NCBI GenBank assembly: GCA_016928015.1
Contig: JAFGLQ010000041.1
Location: forward strand, 1 to 56,679
DNA length: 56,679 nucleotides
Origin: Dehalococcoidaceae bacterium
GTDB lineage: Bacteria; Chloroflexota; Dehalococcoidia; Dehalococcoidales; CSSed11-197
Reading direction: 5' to 3'
In this document: positions 9,499 through 16,854 of the stretch, piece after piece
Position numbering within the stretch: position 1 is the stretch's first letter
How the letters are laid out: every line of letters begins with the position of its first letter
Program-made: the position numbers and the translations under genes
The notes under the pieces: model-generated
What the model was told of the DNA's origin: nothing
Seen by the model: only the letters and a program-made list of their open reading frames with translations
Databases searched by the model: none

Positions 9499-9918
9499 AT
9501 GGCTGAAAAGGAATACCGGGAAAAAGAAGAAAAAGAAGAAAAGCGTACCGAGAAGGAAGAAAAAGGGCGTGAAGAGAAGTGGCGTTCCGATCCCATAAAC
9601 GCCGTTACCTGGGCAGCCGTTCTGGTATGGCTGGGCTTGATACTTCTTGCCAGGACAACCGGTTTTATGGACGGCTATGACTGGTGGGACCCATGGCCAA
9701 TATTTTTGCTGGGATGGGGTGTAATCATGCTTGTCCAGGCAGTTGTCCGGGGATTAACCCCTGGCCAGCGCTGGTGGGCCCCCGGCAATATGATATTCGG
9801 CTTCATCCTGATTGGCGTAGGTTTGGGTTTGCTTTACGGCTGGGGCTTCATTGCGCCGGTGGTGCTTTTTGCCATTGCCGCTACCATACTGTTCAGCGCT
9901 TTTGTAAAGAAGAAGTAA
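9499..9918 (+). CDS. small membrane protein with Lys/Glu-rich N-terminus
   Basis: 139 aa. The N-terminal 28 aa are K/E low-complexity (EKEYREKEEKEEKRTEKEEKGREEK), followed by 3-4 hydrophobic helices. AGGAGA Shine-Dalgarno upstream. Confidence 0.6.
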   Translation: MAEKEYREKEEKEEKRTEKEEKGREEKWRSDPINAVTWAAVLVWLGLILLARTTGFMDGYDWWDPWPIFLLGWGVIMLVQAVVRGLTPGQRWWAPGNMIFGFILIGVGLGLLYGWGFIAPVVLFAIAATILFSAFVKKK

Positions 9919-9919
9919 C

Positions 9920-11068
9920 CTAAAGCCGCCCTAGATTCAAGGAAGCAAACTCCGTCCAGAGGTAGTTGAGCGGCGTCCACCAATTCTCCCGGCCGATGCA
10001 GCGGAAATAGGGCGGTTCGAATGCCCGGATTATATCGCCTATGCGATAGCGCGCCAGTATGGGAGTTGAAACCACCAGGCTGCCGTTCTCACCGGGTTTC
10101 ATTTCATGCAGCATTTTGGTCTTGCCGCCGGTGATAACCTCAAAGAAAAACAGGTCGTAGTTGGGCACCCAGGCCCGTTTTACGTCCATTTGCTGGCCGA
10201 ACATGCCTTCGGTGGCACCGTAAATTTCCCGGATAACGGCCTCGGAACCGTAATAGTCTCTGAGCGCCGGGGCATACCGCGTATTGATGCCCGCAACACT
10301 GCCCAGGGTCAGTATTTTCACCTTCCACAGTTCTTTGGGATAGATGCCGTGTTTGGATTTCAGGTGACGGGCAAAAAGGGATGCGGTGGGAGCTACACCG
10401 CCTACCAGTGTCACGTTTTCGTTTTTGCACTTTTCATAGGCCAGTTCGAAGCGCCTCTCCCAGTCATTGAGCGTTTTGCCGCCGCCCAGCGCATCGATTT
10501 CCTCCTGGGTGGGTAAGGATCGGATGGGGGTGCCGGTAGAGACGTATTTTACGTAGATGCCCGAGCTGTACCCGTATTCAAGTTCCCTTTCGCCTGCCTT
10601 TATCTTGCCGACCACGGAAGGGAAGTTGAGGTTGAGATTTACCCCGCCCAGCAGGCCGAAGTCCCGGGTGGAAGCCACGTAATTGAGCATGGCTCTGCCG
10701 GCGCACAGGCGCATGTCGATATCGGTTTGCGTCATGGGGATGAACTTGGGTTCGTTTTTTGTGGTGCCCCGGGTGATTGCCCAGCCCAGGGGTTCTTCAT
10801 AAAGCATCAACCCGGTGTCCCCTTCCATCACCTTCTGGATCAGGGGGTAGTATTTCTCGTAGGTCATGACCGGGAAGCTGCGGCGGTAATCCTCGACGGA
10901 AGCAATACCGTCTGCATTATACAGCCGCCCGTAAGCTGTCCTGGCATAACCTTTGAGCAGGTCCTGGAGTACCTTTTGCTGAGCGGAGGCAGGATCGGCG
11001 ATGGACTGATACCATGGAGCGAGGAAGCCTTCAAGGCGTTTTAACATTTCGGGGTTAACTTCAATCAT
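9920..11068 (-). CDS. GH3-like adenylate-forming (acyl acid amido synthetase superfamily) protein, short form
   Basis: 382 aa. N-terminal pattern QQKVLQDLLKGYARTAYGRLY...SVEDYRRSFPVMTYEKYYPLIQKVMEGD...ITRGTTKNEPKFIPMT matches the GH3 family signature (GTT..pKfIP). Confidence 0.5.
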   Translation of the reverse strand: MIEVNPEMLKRLEGFLAPWYQSIADPASAQQKVLQDLLKGYARTAYGRLYNADGIASVEDYRRSFPVMTYEKYYPLIQKVMEGDTGLMLYEEPLGWAITRGTTKNEPKFIPMTQTDIDMRLCAGRAMLNYVASTRDFGLLGGVNLNLNFPSVVGKIKAGERELEYGYSSGIYVKYVSTGTPIRSLPTQEEIDALGGGKTLNDWERRFELAYEKCKNENVTLVGGVAPTASLFARHLKSKHGIYPKELWKVKILTLGSVAGINTRYAPALRDYYGSEAVIREIYGATEGMFGQQMDVKRAWVPNYDLFFFEVITGGKTKMLHEMKPGENGSLVVSTPILARYRIGDIIRAFEPPYFRCIGRENWWTPLNYLWTEFASLNLGRL

Positions 11069-11172
11069 GCCAGCCTCCTGTTTATAAGCTGGTTTATACT
11101 AATACAGCCGGGGAGGGTATTTCAAATAATTGGGTGCACACAATCTGAAACGGGCAATTATCAGGCCTGTTG

Positions 11173-11201
11173 TTGTCCAAAGAAGCCGGCTTGGGTATAA
11201 T
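11173..11201 (+). promoter_or_regulatory. sigma70-type promoter for tRNA-Arg
   Basis: TTGTCC (11173-11178), a 17-nt spacer, then TATAAT (11196-11201). The tRNA 5' end lies 15 nt downstream. Confidence 0.55.
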
Positions 11202-11215
11202 TATGAGGTTCGCGT

Positions 11216-11291
11216 GCCCCAGTAGCTCAGTGGATAGAGCAGCGGTTTCCTAAACCGCGTGTCGTGAGTTCGACTCTCACCTGGGGTACCA
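11216..11291 (+). tRNA. tRNA-Arg (anticodon CCU), CCA encoded
   Basis: Manual cloverleaf: acceptor GCCCCAG/CTGGGGT, D arm GCTC-AGTGGATA-GAGC, anticodon arm GCGGT-TTCCTAA-ACCGC, variable GTGTC, T arm GTGAG-TTCGACT-CTCAC, discriminator A, then CCA. Confidence 0.9.
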
Positions 11292-11292
11292 C

Positions 11293-11790
11293 TTACTGCC
11301 AGTAGTTGTACCAGAACATGGAAATGGTGGTATCGTAGCCCGGGTAATCACTGCCTTCGTAGATGTCGATAGTTACCGCATCCATTCCCATCGAGAGCTG
11401 AAGTTTGGTTGCTTCGGGGTTGGTAAAAACGTCCCAACCCAGAGGCTTTAGCTCTGACATGTAGTATTCAAAGACCTGCTGAGGGCTTGCCGGTATCACG
11501 TACCAGGCATATATTCCCGGCACTCACTCCGGGGCTTCGATGAAATCGATTCTAACCGTGCCCGGGAATAGAGGCACCGCTTCATGGTCAACGCCGACCC
11601 CCACTTCACTGCCCGGGACTCGCGCCAGTTCGGTTGGAACCGGACACAGGGTTTCAGCGCCTGCTCCATCAGGATTCAGCCCTGCATCAATTTCAACCAT
11701 GACGCCGGCGGTACACCCGTTCAACAATAGCTGACCGGCGAGTATAAATATTATTACCAGGAGTTTCGGAAAGGTTTGGTTATTCACCAC
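11293..11790 (-). pseudogene. lipoprotein gene interrupted by a single in-frame TGA (pseudogene, recoding or sequence error)
   Basis: The ORFs 11524-11790 (signal peptide plus lipobox LLNGC) and 11293-11523 are in the same frame, separated only by the TGA at 11524-11526. Read through, the motif VPLFPGTVRIDFIEAPE-*-VPGIYAWYVIPASPQQVFEYYMSELKPLGWDV forms one continuous domain pattern (PLxPG ... Y.....s...v..fY...l...GW) common in small lipoproteins. Confidence 0.5.
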
Positions 11791-11920
11791 TATCTCATCC
11801 TCCTCCGCTCATTATTAAGCTTGAATCCGTAACATATAACTGATACTGGCTATCAGTACTGCTATTATTTTACCAGATTCGGCGTATTATTGAAAATCGT
11901 ATACGACTGGAGGACCAGCA

Positions 11921-12640
11921 CTAATTGCCGGGAACGATCTGTCCCCTGGCGGAGATGGTGATTTCCTTCAGGGGCAGGTTTTTACCGGCCAGAGCCATGG
12001 CCTTTTTAACCATATATGTTAGCCCCGAACAGCATGGCACTTCCATTTTTACCACGGTGATACTTTTTGGGCTCGACTGGCGCAGTATATCAGTCAGTTT
12101 TTTAAAATGAGCATCGTAATCATCCAGCTTGGGGCAGGCAACCAGCACGGCACGGTTGTGGATAAAATCCCGGTGGAAATTGGAGTAGGCAAAAGGCGCG
12201 CAGTCTGCAGCAAGCAGTATATCGGCATCATTTAAAAATGATGCTGCCGGCGGCACAAGGGCAAGCTGTACCGGCCAGTGGGTCAGCATGGAGGAACTTT
12301 CCGCCGGCTCTACAGCCGGGGCAGCCTGTTTATCGAACAATTTCATTAAGGCCGAAGGACACCCAACCGGTTGGGGTTCGGTGCCTTCTTCTTTACTAAG
12401 ATGGTTTTTTACAGCCTGTTCATCGAATTCAGCCGCTACCCGTTCTTCGATGGTGATGGCTCCCCTGGGGCATTCGCCCAGGCAGGCACCCAACCCGTCA
12501 CAGTATACTTCGCTGACCAGCCTGGCCTTACCGTCAATGATCTGCAGGGCACCTTCAGCGCACGACGGCACGCACGCGCCGCAGCCGTCACATTTTTCTT
12601 CGTCGATTCTAATAATCTTGCGCCTGATTTTTTCAGCCAT
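11921..12640 (-). CDS. 4Fe-4S dicluster domain protein with Cys-containing C-terminal domain
   Basis: 239 aa. Two ferredoxin-type motifs (CDGCGACVPSC and CDGLGACLGECP). The C-terminal domain has conserved Cys residues (ADCAPF, VACPKLDD, VPCCSG). Confidence 0.75.
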   Translation of the reverse strand: MAEKIRRKIIRIDEEKCDGCGACVPSCAEGALQIIDGKARLVSEVYCDGLGACLGECPRGAITIEERVAAEFDEQAVKNHLSKEEGTEPQPVGCPSALMKLFDKQAAPAVEPAESSSMLTHWPVQLALVPPAASFLNDADILLAADCAPFAYSNFHRDFIHNRAVLVACPKLDDYDAHFKKLTDILRQSSPKSITVVKMEVPCCSGLTYMVKKAMALAGKNLPLKEITISARGQIVPGN

Positions 12641-12665
12641 GGTTTACTCCCTGCATTAATTCGGG

Positions 12666-13454
12666 TTAGTTATCCGGCAACCTGCGGGAAATCCGGGACA
12701 GTTCATCTTTACCCTGGTCATTCAAGCCCAGCAGGTCGATTTGGGCCTGCAAACCTGCCCGGGTGCCGTTGCCGCCCGCGAACCCATTAACTCTTGCCGC
12801 GGCGGTAGAATTGACCAGCCGGCTGGTTTGGGGGTAGATAGCGGCGTATTCAGCCGCAAGCAAAGAGTTCTGCCTGAGGTAGTATTTCTGATGGTAGTCC
12901 TCGGCAAGGTAGAATGCTCGATACGGGGCTATCTCGGTATAAACCTTGCGGCCCAGTTTTCTTTCCTGCTCCTGCATGGACGCGACGGCTTTAAGCCGCT
13001 GCTGTTCATTATGATAGAAAATTACAGATTTGTACTGTGTGGTTTTTCGAAGCGAAGGGTCATGGCCGGCCCAGAATATTTCCAAAAGTGCCGGGTAGGA
13101 AATGACAGCCGGGTCATAGTCCAGTTGGACTGTTTCGGTATGGTCTGCCAGGTTCAAGTATGTCGGGTCAAGGGTAGTGCCTCCGGCATAACCGACCCGT
13201 GTTCGTACAACTCCTTCAATGCTCCCGAAACGGGAATCAGGCCCCCAGAATCAGCCCAGGGCGAAGGTGGCTGTTTCAATTCGGGCCGGGACGGTCGAGT
13301 CTAAAACGGGCAAAGTTCCGTTCAAGTTTTCCATATCACCTGCTCCAATATCAATATTACCTCCCCGGCTGCAGGCGGGCAGTATCCATCCCGTAACGGC
13401 AACCAGGGCAATCAGGCAGAAAAACAGGCGGCTTGTTTTTCTTGCGCATCTCAC
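12666..13454 (-). CDS. msrA: peptide-methionine (S)-S-oxide reductase MsrA, predicted selenoprotein (UGA = Sec at the catalytic position)
   Basis: ORFs 13251-13454 and 12666-13157 plus the 93 nt between them form one frame. The translation reads ...IETATFALG-[TGA]-FWGPDSRFGSIEGVVRTRVGYAGGTTLDPTYLNLADHTETVQLDYDP...YKSVIFYHNEQQ...FYLAEDYHQKY, a full MsrA. The TGA occupies the Cys of the canonical GCFWG active site. Alternative start at the ATG at 13334, preceded by GGAGCAGGTGAT. Confidence 0.8.
13220..13239 (-). promoter_or_regulatory. candidate SECIS-like hairpin downstream of the msrA UGA
   Basis: The mRNA segment UUCCCG-UUU-CGGGAG forms a 6-bp stem (one G-U pair), extendable by G-C and U-A pairs with one bulged A. 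Its apex lies 24-26 nt after the UGA, within the distance range reported for bacterial SECIS elements. It was not validated with a covariance or SECIS model. Confidence 0.35.
13251..13253 (-). other. in-frame UGA, predicted selenocysteine codon of msrA
   Basis: Plus-strand tca is TGA on the minus strand. It is flanked by codons for G and FWG of the MsrA active-site motif. Confidence 0.75.
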
Positions 13455-13457
13455 CTT

Positions 13458-13868
13458 TTACCCCGTTTCATCACCCGAAGGGGAAAAATCCAGGGCAAGG
13501 GAATTGATGCAATAGCGCTGTCCGGTGGGCGCCGGCCCGTCCGGAAAGACATGCCCCAGGTGAGCGCCGCATTTACTGCATATCACTTCGGTCCTGGTTC
13601 TGCCGTGGCTGAAATCCGGCTCCGTATCAACGCTGGTGTCAGAAACCGGGGCATAGAAGCTGGGCCAGCCGGAACCCGAATCGTACTTGGTCGAGGAAGC
13701 GAATAACCGGTTGCCGCAGCAGACACAGCCGAAACTGCCTTTCTCGTGGAAGTCATAATATTTGCCGGTAAACGGCGCTTCGGTGCCTTTTCTGCGGGTG
13801 ATGTCAAATTGTTCCGGGGTAAGCCGGTTTTGCCATTCCTGTTCAGGTTTATCAATTTCATACATCAC
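13458..13868 (-). CDS. msrB: peptide-methionine (R)-S-oxide reductase MsrB
   Basis: 136 aa. Zn-site CxxC pairs (CVCCG, CSKCG), then GWPSF, and [10 protein letters not shown]...RYCINS with a catalytic Cys. Confidence 0.9.
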   Translation of the reverse strand: MMYEIDKPEQEWQNRLTPEQFDITRRKGTEAPFTGKYYDFHEKGSFGCVCCGNRLFASSTKYDSGSGWPSFYAPVSDTSVDTEPDFSHGRTRTEVICSKCGAHLGHVFPDGPAPTGQRYCINSLALDFSPSGDETG

Positions 13869-13906
13869 TATCTATCCTCCTGAAATGCAGACGCTGCGGT
13901 TAATTG

Positions 13907-15316
13907 TCATGTCTTGAAAGTCTCCTTGAGCCTTTCGACAGCCGCCCTGTCCCGTTCTTCGATGCGGCGCATATCGTCAAAAAGGCTGCTCTCCTGGCCG
14001 ATAAAATGGGTGCCGAGGTCTCCGGAAACAAATCTGGGGTTTTCCAGGATGGCTTTGTGCAGGATGATGTTGGTCTTGACGCCTACAATTATATACTCAT
14101 ATAACGCCCGGCGCATCCTGAGGATGACTTCTTCCCGGTTTCTGCCCCAGGCTACCAGCTTTGAAATCATGGGATGGTAGTAAGGACTGATCATAAATCC
14201 GTTGTAAACACCCGAATCAACCCTGATACCGATGCCTCCGGGCGAGCGATAGCCGGACAACCGGCCGGGGGAAGGGGTGAAATTGTTCAGCGGGTCCTCG
14301 GCGTTGATGCGGCACTCTATGGACCAGCCGTTGAGTTTTACCTCCTGCTGGCTCACTGAAAGCGGCAGGCCGCCGGCGATGCGCAGTTGTTCCTTGACTA
14401 TATCGATGCCGGTCACCATTTCGGTAACGGTGTGTTCGACCTGGATGCGGGCGTTCATTTCGATGAAATAGAACCGGCCGCCCGAGTAGATGAATTCCAC
14501 CGTACCGGCGCCCAGGTAACCGACCTTGCGGGCAAAATCTACAGCCTGCCGGCCCATCTGCTGCCTGATTTCAGGTGTGATTACTGGTGAGGGGGCTTCC
14601 TCGACGAGCTTGTTGTGCATTCTCTGGATGGAACATTCTCTTTCGCCCAGGTGTATGATATTGCCGCAGGAGTCGGCCAGTATCTGCACTTCTATGTGGC
14701 GAGGATGCTCCAGGTATTTTTCGACATACACCTTTCCCCGCCCGAACGCTCTTGAGGCGATTGCCGAGCTCATTTCGAGAGAGCGTTTCAATTCGCTACG
14801 GCTCTTTACCACCTGCATGCCGATGCCGCCGCCGCCGTCACATGGTTTTATGATTACCGGATAACCGATTTTTTCGGCTTCCTGTTCAATTATATCGGGT
14901 TCAGTGCATTCGTTTATGCCCGGTACTATCTCTATGCCGGCTTCCTGGGCGGTGGTCCGGGCGGCCGTTTTACAGCCGACCAGTTCCAGCACCCGGCTCG
15001 AAGGTCCTATAAAAATGATGCCTGCCTCTTCGCAGGCACGGGCAAAATCGGAGTTTTCAGCCAGGAATCCGTAACCCGGATGAATAGCCTGGGCGCCACA
15101 ATTCAGGGCGGCCTTTATAATGCCCGGGATATTGAGGTATGAATCCCGGGCGGGGGCAGGCCCTATGGAACAGGCTTCGTCGGCATATTTGACGAATATG
15201 GAATCCCTGTCCGCTTCGGAATAAACGGCAACCGTAGCAATACCGCTTTCGCGGCAGGCGCGCATTATCCGGATGGCAATCTCGCCCCGGTTGGCTACCA
15301 GCACTTTGTTTATCAT
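13907..15316 (-). CDS. accC: biotin carboxylase (acetyl-CoA carboxylase AccC / pyruvate carboxylase subunit A type)
   Basis: 469 aa. N-terminus KVLVANRGEIAIRIMRACRE, ATP-grasp core, and EMNARIQVEHTVTE. There is no BCCP or carboxyltransferase gene next to it. Confidence 0.85.
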   Translation of the reverse strand: MINKVLVANRGEIAIRIMRACRESGIATVAVYSEADRDSIFVKYADEACSIGPAPARDSYLNIPGIIKAALNCGAQAIHPGYGFLAENSDFARACEEAGIIFIGPSSRVLELVGCKTAARTTAQEAGIEIVPGINECTEPDIIEQEAEKIGYPVIIKPCDGGGGIGMQVVKSRSELKRSLEMSSAIASRAFGRGKVYVEKYLEHPRHIEVQILADSCGNIIHLGERECSIQRMHNKLVEEAPSPVITPEIRQQMGRQAVDFARKVGYLGAGTVEFIYSGGRFYFIEMNARIQVEHTVTEMVTGIDIVKEQLRIAGGLPLSVSQQEVKLNGWSIECRINAEDPLNNFTPSPGRLSGYRSPGGIGIRVDSGVYNGFMISPYYHPMISKLVAWGRNREEVILRMRRALYEYIIVGVKTNIILHKAILENPRFVSGDLGTHFIGQESSLFDDMRRIEERDRAAVERLKETFKT

Positions 15317-15426
15317 TACCGGCTCCTATCAAAACGGGAATACGAATCGAAGGGTTGGGTAAACTGCTCAAGTATAATTATAGCGTTTTTCAGGATTTTC
15401 AGTGGACCCGGCTGCGGATTGCCGGA

Positions 15427-15771
15427 TTAGCTTGAAGAATTCATCTCTTTGTTAAGAAAATAGCTGATCACGGTGCGTATAATCACGATAGAGCCCAGGA
15501 TGGCGATCTCTTCCAGGCTGGGTTCGACGACCGTGCGTATGACATCGGCGCCGATTAAGAATTCCAGCCCCAGCAGCAGGTGTTGGCCCACCTGGTTGCG
15601 TATCTGGGTGATGGAAAGGGGTTTTATCGGAAAGCCTTTACGGCGCTGGAGCGGGATGGTAACGAATTCAACCGTTCCCCGTATTACCCCCCAGGTAATA
15701 ATGGCGATACCGGCAATGGCTATCGCCCAGGCGGTGTATTCGAGAATGATCACGAGGTGGGGAACCTCCAT
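15427..15771 (-). CDS. DUF1622-like small membrane protein
   Basis: 114 aa with 3 TM helices. Contains the LLLGLEFLIGADVIRTV motif. Confidence 0.5.
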   Translation of the reverse strand: MEVPHLVIILEYTAWAIAIAGIAIITWGVIRGTVEFVTIPLQRRKGFPIKPLSITQIRNQVGQHLLLGLEFLIGADVIRTVVEPSLEEIAILGSIVIIRTVISYFLNKEMNSSS

Positions 15772-16494
15772 CTAAATATTCTCATTATTGAATTCCCTGA
15801 GTACTTCACGGATTTTCTGTTTGAGCTCGTCGTGGGCAACGCCGGCGCCTTTTTTACCCTCTAGCTTTTCCAGCCGTTCTTCTATGCGGGTTTGTTCGTT
15901 CAGCATCAGGCGGATGGCTTCGGCTACCGGGTCCGGGAGTTGGCCGTGTTCCAATAGATCTGCAGGGCGCCGTCGTTCGTCCACGATTCTACCCGGAACA
16001 CCCACTACGGTTGCATCCGGCGGCACCGGTTTGACCACCACCGAACCGGCGCCGATGCGGGCGCCGTCACCGATAGTAATGGCGCCCAGTACAATTGACC
16101 CGGCGCCGATGACAACATTATTACCGATAGTTGGGTGGCGTTTGCCTTTACTCAGAGTGGTCCCGCCCAGCACCGAGCCCTGGTACATGAGAACATCGTT
16201 GCCGATTTCGCTGGTTTCGCCAATCACCACCCCGGAACCGTGGTCTATGAAGAAACGGCGGCCGACAACAGCAGCCGGGTGGATTTCTATGCCGGTCAGG
16301 AACCTGCCGGCATGAGCAACCATGCGGGCGAAAAACCCCAGGTGATGGCGCCATAAAAAGTTGGCGAAGCGATGGTATCGGATAGCATGAAAGCCGGGGT
16401 AGAAAAACAGCACATCCAGTATGCTCCTGGCGGCCGGGTCCTTGTCGAAAACGGTTTTGATATCCTCTTTGAGGACGGCTAGAAATCCGGGCAT
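15772..16494 (-). CDS. cysE: serine O-acetyltransferase
   Basis: 240 aa. N-terminal SATase helical region (DPAARS...[15 protein letters not shown]), then left-handed beta-helix hexapeptide repeats ([30 protein letters not shown]...[20 protein letters not shown]). Confidence 0.85.
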   Translation of the reverse strand: MPGFLAVLKEDIKTVFDKDPAARSILDVLFFYPGFHAIRYHRFANFLWRHHLGFFARMVAHAGRFLTGIEIHPAAVVGRRFFIDHGSGVVIGETSEIGNDVLMYQGSVLGGTTLSKGKRHPTIGNNVVIGAGSIVLGAITIGDGARIGAGSVVVKPVPPDATVVGVPGRIVDERRRPADLLEHGQLPDPVAEAIRLMLNEQTRIEERLEKLEGKKGAGVAHDELKQKIREVLREFNNENI

Positions 16495-16502
16495 AGGGGG
16501 TA

Positions 16503-16841
16503 CTATTCGACCTCCTCAGCAACTACTTCACGGTCAATCCACTCCAGGTATTCCTGGTTGCCCCCGAAAACCGGCAGGGCGATGATTTCGGGGACTTCGT
16601 AACTGTGGACCTCTTTCACCAGCCGGATTACTTCATCTAAAAGTTCGGTTCTGGTTTTCACGATAAGCAGGCTTTCCTTATCCTGCTGGATGACGTTATT
16701 CCACCAGTAAAGTGAACTTATTTTAGGGACGATGTTGACGCAGGCGGCTTTACGCTGTTCCAAAAGGACGCGGGCTATCAACTGGGATTCCTCATCCTGG
16801 GAAGTGGTTATCAGCACAATTGCAAACCCGTTTCTGTCCAC
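16503..16841 (-). CDS. cutA: divalent-cation tolerance protein CutA
   Basis: 112 aa. Motif [32 protein letters not shown]...[22 protein letters not shown] matches the CutA1 signature. Confidence 0.8.
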   Translation of the reverse strand: MDRNGFAIVLITTSQDEESQLIARVLLEQRKAACVNIVPKISSLYWWNNVIQQDKESLLIVKTRTELLDEVIRLVKEVHSYEVPEIIALPVFGGNQEYLEWIDREVVAEEVE

Positions 16842-16854
16842 CCGGCACTCTCCT

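Noticed and set aside
11524-13253. Genome-wide reassignment of TGA (genetic code 4 or 25) as an explanation for the two in-frame TGAs
   Set aside because: TGA clearly terminates normal genes here, for example fdhD at 17766-17768 (with an overlapping nadA ATG) and the first DUF1538 gene at 8297-8299. Most proteins have family-typical C-termini, so any recoding must be site-specific.
11216-13868. tRNA-Arg-flanked genomic island or prophage remnant
   Set aside because: No integrase or recombinase gene, no direct repeat of the tRNA 3' end, and no phage genes are visible downstream. The flanking genes are ordinary metabolic genes.
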